This document shows, in pieces, positions 1 through 8,858 of a DNA stretch of 64,000 nucleotides. Both the position numbers and the translations under genes were made by a program. The stretch's first letter is position 1. Each line of letters begins with the position of its first letter. This DNA comes from Bacilli bacterium (GTDB lineage: Bacteria; Bacillota_I; Bacilli_A; ML615J-28; CAG-313), in NCBI GenBank assembly GCA_017409905.1, contig JAFQRV010000038.1:12686-76685 (forward strand). Reading direction: 5' to 3'. The notes under the pieces are model-generated. The model made no database searches, had not been told where the DNA came from, and was given only the letters and a program-made list of their open reading frames with translations.

Positions 1-2121
1 TATTCATTAAAAGCTTTATTAGATCCTAAGTTCCAAAATCATCGTGCATCTGACTACTATGCTGGTTCAACTGCTATCTTCGGTGCTAAAGATTTCTTCT
101 ATTCTGGACAAACTACATATCTTTCTGCTGTAGAAGTTGTTGGTGGTACTCAAGAAGGTTATGAAGGATTATATTTTGATGCTTCAAACGTAACTGCTTT
201 CGCTAACTTAATGGGTGGAACAGATTTAACAAAATTAGCTAACTATAAAGGTTATTTCTCTGATGGTGAAACAAATTATTATGAACAATTATGCCAATAT
301 GCTGGTGACAAACGTGTTCCTATGAATGAAGAATTATTCACAATTTGGAAAAACATTATGACTAAAGGTCCTTTAAGCGCATACTGGGTATGGGCTGACA
401 ATGAAATGCCTTATTTCTCAGTTGCTAAAACTACTTTCCCTGAATATCCTTGGGAAAAAGTTGGTTTAAAGAAGATTGATGAATGGACAGTTGACATTAT
501 CTATACAACTCAATTAGCTGGTTTCTATAAAAAATATAGTATTGGTTTACCACTTGTAAATGAAACTTTATATGAAAATTGTAAACAATACAATGAAGAA
601 ACTAAAGTTTGGTCTTCAACTTATGGTTCTTCAGTTGAAACATATTTAGGTTATGGTCCATATAAGATGACTAAATATATTGTTGACCAATTAATGGTAT
701 TCGAAAGAAATGAAAATTGGTTTGGTTATAGTGAAGCATTTGCTGATGAATATGGAAAATTTGTTGCTGAATTTGACGGTCAAGTTCATGAACAATATCA
801 AACAGATAGAATTACTTTAAGATTCGTTCAAGAAATCTCTACAAGAGAACAAATGTTCTTAGCAGGTAAATTAGATGGTTTCGGAATGACTAGAGAATAC
901 TATGAAAAATATAGATCAAGTATTAGATTATATAGTGCTACTGGTGCTTCTACATTCTATGGTATCTTATTATCAGATTACACTTCATTAGTTGAAAGAG
1001 AAGCTGTATTAAATGGTGTTACTTATGATTCTGCTACTTATGATTCAGTTAAAAAACAATATAACAAAACAATTTTAACTATTAAAGAATTCCGTCAAGC
1101 ATTATGTTATGCTATTGACAGAAAGACTTTAGTTACTAACCTTTACCCAGGTGGATCTTCTGCAACTTCATTATACTCAGATTTAATTCTTGCTGACCCA
1201 GATGCTGGTAAAGCATTTAATAAATATACTGCTACTAAAGAAGCTATTTGTGAATTCTGGGGTGTTGAATATGGAGAAGGTAAAGAATTTAAAACTTTAG
1301 ATGAAGCATATGCTGCTATTTCTGGTTTTGACCTTGCTTCTGCTAAGAAATTAGTTGACGTTGCTGTTGACAAAGCTATTGAACAAGGTTTAATGACTTC
1401 TAGTACAATCGTTAAAATTGACTATTGTGCTGCTAGTGACAGTGAAAATGAACAATTATGGTATAATACATTTAATAATTGCTTAACAGAATTATTCAAA
1501 GGTACTAAACTTGATGGAAAATTTGAATATGTTTACAATCCTAACCTAGGTGATGACTATGGTGACGATATTCAAAATGGTTTAGCTGATACTGCTTGGG
1601 GATTTGGATGGCAAGGTTCTGCACTAGATCCATATTCACTATTCCAAGTTTATGTAGATGCTGGTTCAGGTGAATCTGATGTTTACCAATATGATAAATG
1701 GATTAATCGTAATACAAAAAATTATGAAGTTACTTTAAATATCGATTTAGGAGATGGTGTTAAAGAACATACTTATACTGCTTATACTTGGTGGGAAATT
1801 GTTAATGGCATTTATACTGCACCAGAAGGTCAAACTTCATATGATGCAAGTTATGCAAAACAAATTGCTGGTGTTATCAGTGGTGATACACGTGCTACTA
1901 TTTTAGCGGCTTGCGAATTAGCAGTATTACGCGATTATACTCATATTCCTATGATGAATGAAGGTTCAGTATCATTATTATCTTATAAAGTTAACTATGG
2001 TAGTGAAACTTATATGTTCGGTATGGGCTTCGGTGGATTACGTTATATCACTTATAACTACACTGATGGTCAATGGGCTGATTATGTAGCTAGCCAACCT
2101 GGAGGAAATTTAAGCTACTAA
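1..2121 (+). CDS. ABC peptide transporter substrate-binding protein (SBP family 5, OppA-like), 5'-truncated by window edge
   Basis: Frame 1 is open from nt 1 with no stop before the first in-frame ATG at 211. Stop at 2119-2121. Lies immediately upstream of OppBCDF-type genes. Size and composition fit a large extracytoplasmic solute-binding protein. Confidence 0.8.
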   Translation, partial: YSLKALLDPKFQNHRASDYYAGSTAIFGAKDFFYSGQTTYLSAVEVVGGTQEGYEGLYFDASNVTAFANLMGGTDLTKLANYKGYFSDGETNYYEQLCQYAGDKRVPMNEELFTIWKNIMTKGPLSAYWVWADNEMPYFSVAKTTFPEYPWEKVGLKKIDEWTVDIIYTTQLAGFYKKYSIGLPLVNETLYENCKQYNEETKVWSSTYGSSVETYLGYGPYKMTKYIVDQLMVFERNENWFGYSEAFADEYGKFVAEFDGQVHEQYQTDRITLRFVQEISTREQMFLAGKLDGFGMTREYYEKYRSSIRLYSATGASTFYGILLSDYTSLVEREAVLNGVTYDSATYDSVKKQYNKTILTIKEFRQALCYAIDRKTLVTNLYPGGSSATSLYSDLILADPDAGKAFNKYTATKEAICEFWGVEYGEGKEFKTLDEAYAAISGFDLASAKKLVDVAVDKAIEQGLMTSSTIVKIDYCAASDSENEQLWYNTFNNCLTELFKGTKLDGKFEYVYNPNLGDDYGDDIQNGLADTAWGFGWQGSALDPYSLFQVYVDAGSGESDVYQYDKWINRNTKNYEVTLNIDLGDGVKEHTYTAYTWWEIVNGIYTAPEGQTSYDASYAKQIAGVISGDTRATILAACELAVLRDYTHIPMMNEGSVSLLSYKVNYGSETYMFGMGFGGLRYITYNYTDGQWADYVASQPGGNLSY

Positions 2122-2162
2122 TTATTAGTTTATTATACTAATTTATAATTTATCAGCTAAAT

Positions 2163-2186
2163 GCAGAGGGGTGAAAACCCCTCTGC
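2163..2186 (+). terminator. GC-rich hairpin after the SBP gene (partial terminator / mRNA stabiliser)
   Basis: GCAGAGGGG-UGAAAA-CCCCUCUGC, a perfect 9-bp stem. The trailing U-tract is weak (UUAUGCUGAUUAUUU). Confidence 0.45.
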
Positions 2187-2305
2187 TTATGCTGATTATT
2201 TATAAAAAATCATCAAAAAATATATTTGATGATTTCTTATAAATATTTATTAATTAGTTGAAAATTAAGAAATATTTAATAATAGAGAAATGGAGAAGAT
2301 TTATT

Positions 2306-3271
2306 ATGTATTTGTTTAAATATATTTTAAAAAGATTGGGATTAATGCTAATAACATTTTTCACAATTATGGTTGTCTGTTTCGTTTTAATAAAATTATT
2401 ACCTTTACCAAATGTAAAAGTATTTGGTCAAGATTCTAATATTATTCAAATGAGACGTGAAGCTTTAGGATATGGAAAACCAATACTCGAACAGTTTTTT
2501 ATTTTCTTAAAATCTGTCATTGTAAGAGGTGACTGGGGTGTTGGTGAAAATATGTATTTTGGAAGCGATGTTTCTGAGATTTTTGTTCAAAAACTTCCTG
2601 CTACAATTTTAGTTAATATATATTCAATGTTATTTTCTGTTCCTATTGGTTTGGCATTAGGTATTTATGCAGCATTAAAGAAAAATAAATGGCAAGATCA
2701 TTTTGTTTCTACAGGAGTAATGATTTTTGTAAGTGTACCAAGTTATGTATATGCTTTCTTAATTCAATATATTTTCTGTTTCAAATTAAAATGGTTCCCA
2801 TTTCTAATGCAACCATGTGAAACTCTTTCAGATTATTTAAGTTGGGCGACATTCGTTTCATTAATTCCTGCTATCTTGTCTTTATCGTTTGGTACTATTG
2901 CTGGATTTACTAGATATACAAGAGCAGAATTAACAGAAGTATTAACAAGTGATTTTATGTTGCTTGCAAGAACTAAAGGTTTAACTAAGGGTCAAGCAAC
3001 TGTTAGACATGCTTTAAGAAATGCGATGGTTCCAATTTTCCCAATGATTATTGGTCAATTCGTGGGTATTCTTTCTGGATCATTAATTATTGAAAGTATT
3101 TTCGGTATTCCTGGTGTTGGTGGATTATATGTACAATCTATTACTGCAAAAGATTATAATTTCTTTATGCTATTGTCTGCATTCTATATCTTTATAGGTT
3201 TAGCAGCTGGTATTGTTGTAGATATAAGTTATGGTATCATCGACCCAAGAATTAGAATGGGGGCTAGATAA
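2306..3271 (+). CDS. oppB: oligopeptide ABC transporter permease (OppB-type)
   Basis: ORF track starts at TTG 2258. I prefer ATG 2306, which is preceded by GGAGA (2292-2296). The N-terminus MYLFKYILKRLG is a canonical OppB/DppB start. Multiple TM segments and a conserved cytoplasmic loop (TRYTRAELTEVLTSDFMLLARTKGL). Confidence 0.9.
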   Translation: MYLFKYILKRLGLMLITFFTIMVVCFVLIKLLPLPNVKVFGQDSNIIQMRREALGYGKPILEQFFIFLKSVIVRGDWGVGENMYFGSDVSEIFVQKLPATILVNIYSMLFSVPIGLALGIYAALKKNKWQDHFVSTGVMIFVSVPSYVYAFLIQYIFCFKLKWFPFLMQPCETLSDYLSWATFVSLIPAILSLSFGTIAGFTRYTRAELTEVLTSDFMLLARTKGLTKGQATVRHALRNAMVPIFPMIIGQFVGILSGSLIIESIFGIPGVGGLYVQSITAKDYNFFMLLSAFYIFIGLAAGIVVDISYGIIDPRIRMGAR

Positions 3272-3272
3272 T

Positions 3273-4892
3273 ATGATTAATGAAAAACAATTTGAAAAAT
3301 ATAATCACATTCCACAAGAAAAATTTACTTTAGTATCAAATAGAGAAATTCATGACTTAAAATTAGATACTAAACCTGTTGGATATTTTAAAGATGCATT
3401 TAGAAGATTTTGTAAAAATAAAGGTTCAGTAGTTGCTGCATTTATTATTATATTTTTATTGTTATTTGCAGTCGTTGGCCCATTTGTTTCTAAATATGAT
3501 GTTGCATTTAACGATTTGAATTTATCTTATTATCTTCCCAAGTCAAAAACTTTTTCATTCTTAGGATGGGATGGATATTCTAAAAAAGTTGTTTCTAAAA
3601 CTGATTACATTATACTCAAAGCCATTGAAATGGAAACAGGGGAAAATGTCATCAAAAAAGTTTATGATTCATATGATACAGAATCTCAACAAGGTCCATA
3701 CATTTATCATAATACTTATTATACAGTATATTTAAATAGTTATACTAAGTCTCTTATGAAATATGTTCAGTTGACTGGCGAGCAGTATGCTGCTCTTCAA
3801 AAATATCAAGATGATAATGAATTACAAATTATATATCCGATAGTTTCTTATGCATTTGACGAAGGTAGTTTATATAAAAATGATGCTAATGTTTGGTATC
3901 AAATAATAGACATTCCTGCAAACCCTGATCCAACTAAACCAATTAAACCGGCTGATAGATTAAATAAAGGTATGCCAGTTGGTTTTACAAATACAGATTC
4001 TGCTGAAGCCGCGCTTACTGGATTACAAAATGCTTATATACCTTATAGTGGTAATGATGGCTACACAAGTATTATGAGAGTTGAGGAAAATGGTGAAAAA
4101 CAATACGATTATGCTAGAAAAGTAAGTGGAGGAAACTATTTAGTTCGTCTTAATTATAATTTATATCATGATTTCTTATATGGTCATGGTGAACCTAGTT
4201 TCTTATTTGGTAGTGATAAATTTGGTAAAGATTTATTTGTATGTTTATCAAGTGGTGCAAGATTTAGTCTATTCTTTGCAATTTGTATAGCTGCTATTAA
4301 CTTATTCATTGGTGCTATTTATGGTGCTATTGAAGGTTACTATGGTGGTGTTGCGGATATGGCAATGGAACGTTTCTCTGATATTTTAGGTAACGTACCA
4401 TTTATGGTAGTAGTTACATTATTTAAATTACATATTGCAGATAAAGTTGGTACAGTTGTGACACTATTATTCGCATTCGTATTAACCGGATGGATAGGTA
4501 TGGCAAGTACAACACGTATGCAATTCTATAGATATAAGAATCAAGAATATGTTCTTGCAGCTAGAACTTTAGGTGCAAGTGACAGAAGAATTATGTTTAA
4601 ACATATCTTCCCTAATGCATTAGGTACATTAATTACAAGTTCAGTATTAGTAATTCCTGGTGTAATTTTCTCTGAATCTAGTTTAAGTTACTTAGGTATT
4701 ATCAATTTAAGTACTGGTTCAACAACATCAGTAGGTACATTAATGGCTACTGCAAGAGGTTCATTATCTACTTATCCACATGCAATTTTATTCCCTGCAA
4801 TATTTATTGCATTATTAATGATTACATTTAATTTATTTGGTAATGGTTTACGTGATGCGTTTAACCCTTCACTAAGAGGATCGGAGGATTAA
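3273..4892 (+). CDS. oppC: oligopeptide ABC transporter permease (OppC-type) with long extracytoplasmic loop after TM1
   Basis: ORF track starts at 3231 inside oppB. ATG 3273 lies 1 nt after the oppB stop. TM1 is VVAAFIIIFLLLFAVVGPFV. The conserved motif FLFGSDKFGKDLF (canonical GTDxxGRD) appears only about 230 aa later. The C-terminal half is a typical BPD permease. Confidence 0.9.
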   Translation: MINEKQFEKYNHIPQEKFTLVSNREIHDLKLDTKPVGYFKDAFRRFCKNKGSVVAAFIIIFLLLFAVVGPFVSKYDVAFNDLNLSYYLPKSKTFSFLGWDGYSKKVVSKTDYIILKAIEMETGENVIKKVYDSYDTESQQGPYIYHNTYYTVYLNSYTKSLMKYVQLTGEQYAALQKYQDDNELQIIYPIVSYAFDEGSLYKNDANVWYQIIDIPANPDPTKPIKPADRLNKGMPVGFTNTDSAEAALTGLQNAYIPYSGNDGYTSIMRVEENGEKQYDYARKVSGGNYLVRLNYNLYHDFLYGHGEPSFLFGSDKFGKDLFVCLSSGARFSLFFAICIAAINLFIGAIYGAIEGYYGGVADMAMERFSDILGNVPFMVVVTLFKLHIADKVGTVVTLLFAFVLTGWIGMASTTRMQFYRYKNQEYVLAARTLGASDRRIMFKHIFPNALGTLITSSVLVIPGVIFSESSLSYLGIINLSTGSTTSVGTLMATARGSLSTYPHAILFPAIFIALLMITFNLFGNGLRDAFNPSLRGSED

Positions 4893-4893
4893 G

Positions 4894-7059
4894 ATGGAAA
4901 AGAAATTAGAAGTTAATAATCTTAGAATATCATTCCGTACTCCAGGTGGTAAAGTACAAGCCGTTAGAAATATTAGTTTTGATTTATATAAAGGTGAAAC
5001 TTTAGCAATTGTTGGTGAATCTGGTTCAGGTAAATCAGTTACTAACCGTGCTATCATTGGTATTTCTGCTGGTAATGCTATTATCGAAAGTGGAGAAATC
5101 ATCTATGATGGTCAAGATTTATTAAAAATAACAGAAGAAGATTTCCACAAAATTCGTGGTGATAAAATTGCTATGATCTTCCAAGATCCAATGTCAAGTT
5201 TAAATCCAATTATGCGTGTTGGTAAACAACTTACAGAAGCAATGATTCTTAAAAATAAAGTTGGTAGAAAAAATGCTAAAAAGACATTTAATCATATGTT
5301 AAGTTTATTAAATAAACATATGAATGCTGAATGTGATTCTGCAGTTCAAACTGCTAATACTGAAGCTTGCAAAAAATTTGATACTTTCTGTATTAATAGT
5401 TTAAAATTAGAAAATGCTTATAATGAAAGAGTAAGAGTTTCTCATGAATTAAAACAAGAATTAGAAGAATTCTCATTCTTAGTATCTAAGCATCAAAAGG
5501 TAAATACTTCAAAATTAATTAAATCAATTAAAGAAACAGTTAAAAAAGTTGTAGATGAAAGCTTTGTAAAACCTTCATCTGAAACTGAAGAATTAAATAG
5601 TTTATTAGATATATGTTCTAGTGAGGCTAGTAAATCAGTAGAAGAAATTTCAGAAAATCTTAAAAAATTAATTGAACTTACTTTAAAACTTATTAATAGC
5701 GCTTTAGAAGCAGAAAAAATTAATTTCTTTACATTAGGTTATTATGCTTTAGATAATTCTTTAGATGGTATTTATGATATGTCTGTTGAAGAATTAAACA
5801 AAATGACTAGAAAATATTTAGATGACAACTTTATGATTGGATTTATTAATGTTGGGGCTGACGCTTTACAACATTCACATAATGAATCTTTAGCTGCAAA
5901 AAATGAATTAATTAATGTTTTATCAGAAGTTGAAGTATTCTTTAAAGAACCTAATTTCAATAAAAAAGAAGCTAGTGCTGTTGTAAAACCTTTATTTGCA
6001 AAAGTTTATGCTGCTATTGATAGATTAGAAATTGTTAAAAATAATGTTGAATATACATTTGTTTCAAGCATGAATAATGTATTAAATAAATATTATTTCG
6101 CATTAAAAAATAATCCTGCTGAAGAAAAACGTTTTGCAAAACAAAGTGCTAAACGTGATGCTTTAATTGCTAAAGGTAAAAATCCTGACTGGAAAGTTGT
6201 TCCAGCATCATTAATTGATTTACAAATGGTTTGTGATGAAATTTGTGGTATCATTAGAAAATTAAAAGCTAATTATGAAGTACAAATTGAAAAAGATCAT
6301 GAATTTAATAAACAAGAAAAAATGGTTGCATTAGTTGACTTCTTTAAAGAACAAGCTTCACAAGTTGTTTATAAAGTTAATAAAAAGATTGCTAAAATTA
6401 AAGCATTAAAATTATTAGAAGAAGTTGGTATTCCAGAACCATTAATTAGATATCGTCAATATCCATTTGAATTCTCAGGTGGTATGAGACAACGTATCGT
6501 TATTGCTATTGCATTAGCTGCTAATCCTGATATTCTTATCTGCGATGAACCTACTACTGCATTAGACGTTACTATTCAATCTCAAATTCTAGAATTAATC
6601 AACAAATTAAAAGTTGAAAGAAATTTATCAGTTATCTTTATTACTCACGATTTAGGTGTAGTTGCAAACATGGCAGATAGAATTGCTGTTATGTATGCAG
6701 GTAAGATTGTTGAATATGGTACTGATGATGATATCTTCTATGATCCACGTCATCCATATACATGGGCTTTATTAAGTTCAATGCCTGACTTAGATACTGA
6801 AGAAAAACTTGAAGCAATTCCAGGTACACCTCCTAATATGATTTTCCCACCTAAAGGTGATGCCTTTGCTGCAAGAAATAAACATGCTCTTCAAATTGAC
6901 TTTGAAGAAGAGCCACCACTATTTGAAGTTTCTGAATCTCATAAAGCTGCAACTTGGTTATTACACCCAAGTGCTCCTAAAGTAGAAGCTCCAAAAATCG
7001 TTACAGAACGTATTGCAAGAATGAAGAAAAGATTAGAGGAGGAAAACAATGGAAAATAA
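4894..7059 (+). CDS. oppD: oligopeptide ABC transporter ATP-binding protein OppD-type, 721 aa, with about 370-aa insertion
   Basis: Walker A GESGSGKS, Q-loop IAMIFQDP, signature FSGGMRQR (aa 527+), Walker B ILICDEP, H-loop ITHDLGV. C-terminal oligopeptide/dipeptide-ATPase tail (DPRHPYTWALL). GGAGG RBS upstream. Confidence 0.93.
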   Translation: MEKKLEVNNLRISFRTPGGKVQAVRNISFDLYKGETLAIVGESGSGKSVTNRAIIGISAGNAIIESGEIIYDGQDLLKITEEDFHKIRGDKIAMIFQDPMSSLNPIMRVGKQLTEAMILKNKVGRKNAKKTFNHMLSLLNKHMNAECDSAVQTANTEACKKFDTFCINSLKLENAYNERVRVSHELKQELEEFSFLVSKHQKVNTSKLIKSIKETVKKVVDESFVKPSSETEELNSLLDICSSEASKSVEEISENLKKLIELTLKLINSALEAEKINFFTLGYYALDNSLDGIYDMSVEELNKMTRKYLDDNFMIGFINVGADALQHSHNESLAAKNELINVLSEVEVFFKEPNFNKKEASAVVKPLFAKVYAAIDRLEIVKNNVEYTFVSSMNNVLNKYYFALKNNPAEEKRFAKQSAKRDALIAKGKNPDWKVVPASLIDLQMVCDEICGIIRKLKANYEVQIEKDHEFNKQEKMVALVDFFKEQASQVVYKVNKKIAKIKALKLLEEVGIPEPLIRYRQYPFEFSGGMRQRIVIAIALAANPDILICDEPTTALDVTIQSQILELINKLKVERNLSVIFITHDLGVVANMADRIAVMYAGKIVEYGTDDDIFYDPRHPYTWALLSSMPDLDTEEKLEAIPGTPPNMIFPPKGDAFAARNKHALQIDFEEEPPLFEVSESHKAATWLLHPSAPKVEAPKIVTERIARMKKRLEEENNGK

Positions 7060-8317
7060 TAATCCTACTCAAAAAGAAGTTTTACTTAAAGTTGAACATC
7101 TAGAACAATTCTTCAAATTTGGGAAATTTGTTAATAGAGCTGTTAATGATGTAAATTTTGAAATTTATAAAGGTGAAGTATTTGGTTTAGTTGGTGAATC
7201 TGGTTGTGGTAAAACAACAACTGGTCGTTCAATTATTCGTTTATACAACATAACTGGTGGTTCAGTTTACTTTAGAGGTCATCGTATTTGTGCTGGTACT
7301 AGAAGATACAAAGAAAGAATCTCTCAATTAAAAGCTGAATTAAAAGCAAGAGTTAATGAATTAAAAGAACAATTAAAAGCTAATCCTGATGAAACTGAAA
7401 GAATTAACAGTGAAATAGCTACTTTAAAATCAGAATATGTTGAAAAAATTGCTGAACAAAAGAAAGAAATTAAATCAGCTAAATTTGATCATAAAAATTG
7501 TAATAAAGAATATGCAAAAAGACAAGTAGCACTTGTTAATGAAAAATATGCTTCTTTATTTGAAAAAGCAACTGAAGAAGAAAAAGAAGAACTTGAAGGA
7601 CAATATAAAGAAGAACTTCGTTTAGCAAAGAAAGATAGTATTACTAATAAAATTCAAATGATTTTCCAAGATCCAATCGCTTCTTTAAATCCTCGTATGA
7701 CTGTAAGAGAAATCATATCTGAAGGTTTAATTATTAGAGGTATTAAAGATAAAGCATATATCGAAGAACAAGTATATCGTGTACTTGATATGGTTGGATT
7801 AGTTCATGAACACGCTGACCGTTATCCACATGAATTCTCAGGTGGTCAAAGACAACGTATCGGTATTGCTCGTGCAATCATCTTAAATCCTGAATTTATT
7901 ATTGCTGACGAACCTATTTCTGCATTAGACGTTTCTATTCAAGCTCAAGTTATTAACTTATTAAATGAAATTAGAGAACGTTTAGGTTTAACAATTTTAT
8001 TCATTGCCCATGATTTATCAGTAGTTAAATATTTCTCTGATAGAATTGCGGTTATGTATTATGGTAAGATTGTTGAATTATCTACTTCAGATCAAATTTT
8101 TGCTCATCCATTACATCCATATACAAAATCATTATTCTCTGCAATTCCTCTTCCAGATCCACATCTAGAAAAGGCTCGTAAGAGAATTACATATAATCCA
8201 ATTGCTGCTCACGATTATCGTACTGATTTACCAAGTATGCGTGAAGTTGCTCCAGGACACTTTGTATATTGTAATAATGAAGAATTTGCTAGATATCAAG
8301 AAGAGTTAAATAAATAG
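7049..8317 (+). CDS. oppF: oligopeptide ABC transporter ATP-binding protein OppF-type, 422 aa, with about 105-aa charged insertion
   Basis: Walker A GESGCGKTT, Q-loop IQMIFQDP (aa about 203-210), signature FSGGQRQR, Walker B FIIADEP, H-loop AHDLSV, and a HPLHPYTKSL tail. GAGGAGG RBS. Overlaps oppD by 11 nt. Confidence 0.93.
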   Translation: MENNNPTQKEVLLKVEHLEQFFKFGKFVNRAVNDVNFEIYKGEVFGLVGESGCGKTTTGRSIIRLYNITGGSVYFRGHRICAGTRRYKERISQLKAELKARVNELKEQLKANPDETERINSEIATLKSEYVEKIAEQKKEIKSAKFDHKNCNKEYAKRQVALVNEKYASLFEKATEEEKEELEGQYKEELRLAKKDSITNKIQMIFQDPIASLNPRMTVREIISEGLIIRGIKDKAYIEEQVYRVLDMVGLVHEHADRYPHEFSGGQRQRIGIARAIILNPEFIIADEPISALDVSIQAQVINLLNEIRERLGLTILFIAHDLSVVKYFSDRIAVMYYGKIVELSTSDQIFAHPLHPYTKSLFSAIPLPDPHLEKARKRITYNPIAAHDYRTDLPSMREVAPGHFVYCNNEEFARYQEELNK

Positions 8318-8324
8318 TATATAA

Positions 8325-8360
8325 ATCTAGTAGTTTGCTTCTAAACTACTAGATTTTTTT
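8325..8360 (+). terminator. intrinsic terminator after oppF
   Basis: AUCUAGUAGUUU / AAACUACUAGAU stem followed by U7. Confidence 0.85.
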
Positions 8361-8375
8361 AAAAGGGTAATAATT

Positions 8376-8765
8376 ATGAGTCTAAAAAAATATATTATAA
8401 GTGCAATTATTTTAATTGCTTGCTCATTTGGAGTATTGTTTTTAAAAAATACTTGGGCTTTAACTAATGCCAAGGATATCATTGGTGATGTATCTGATTG
8501 CTTTATGGCACCAGGAATTATCTATATTTGTTTTGGTATTATTGTTATTTGTTCTAATAAGGGTGCTTTTGATATGCTATCTTATGGTATTCAAACAGCT
8601 TTTTCTGTATTTAAGAAAGATCCGACAGACAGAAAATACCAAAACTTTGGTGATTATCGATTGGCTAAACAAGATAAAAAATCACCTGTAGCGCATTTTA
8701 TGTTATGTGGTGGTATTTATATGGCCCTTGGATTAGTATTCTATATTATATATGCTATTTTATAA
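8376..8765 (+). CDS. small integral membrane protein, DUF3899-like
   Basis: 129 aa with 3-4 hydrophobic segments. The central motif GAFDMLSYGIQTAFSVFKK...FGDY resembles my recollection of the DUF3899 family. Flanked by its own terminators. Confidence 0.5.
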   Translation: MSLKKYIISAIILIACSFGVLFLKNTWALTNAKDIIGDVSDCFMAPGIIYICFGIIVICSNKGAFDMLSYGIQTAFSVFKKDPTDRKYQNFGDYRLAKQDKKSPVAHFMLCGGIYMALGLVFYIIYAIL

Positions 8766-8768
8766 AAT

Positions 8769-8793
8769 AAACAGGTTTTAAAACCTGTTTTTT
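8769..8793 (+). terminator. intrinsic terminator
   Basis: AAACAGGUUUU/AAAACCUGUUU palindrome followed by a U-run. Confidence 0.8.
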
Positions 8794-8800
8794 ATTTTCC

Positions 8801-8829
8801 TTGAAAAGAATTTATAAATATAGTATAAT
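8801..8829 (+). promoter_or_regulatory. sigma-A-type promoter (CDF transporter gene)
   Basis: TTGAAA (8801-06), 17-nt spacer, TATAAT (8824-29). Confidence 0.6.
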
Positions 8830-8858
8830 TTATAAAAATAATAATAAAAAGGTGATTT

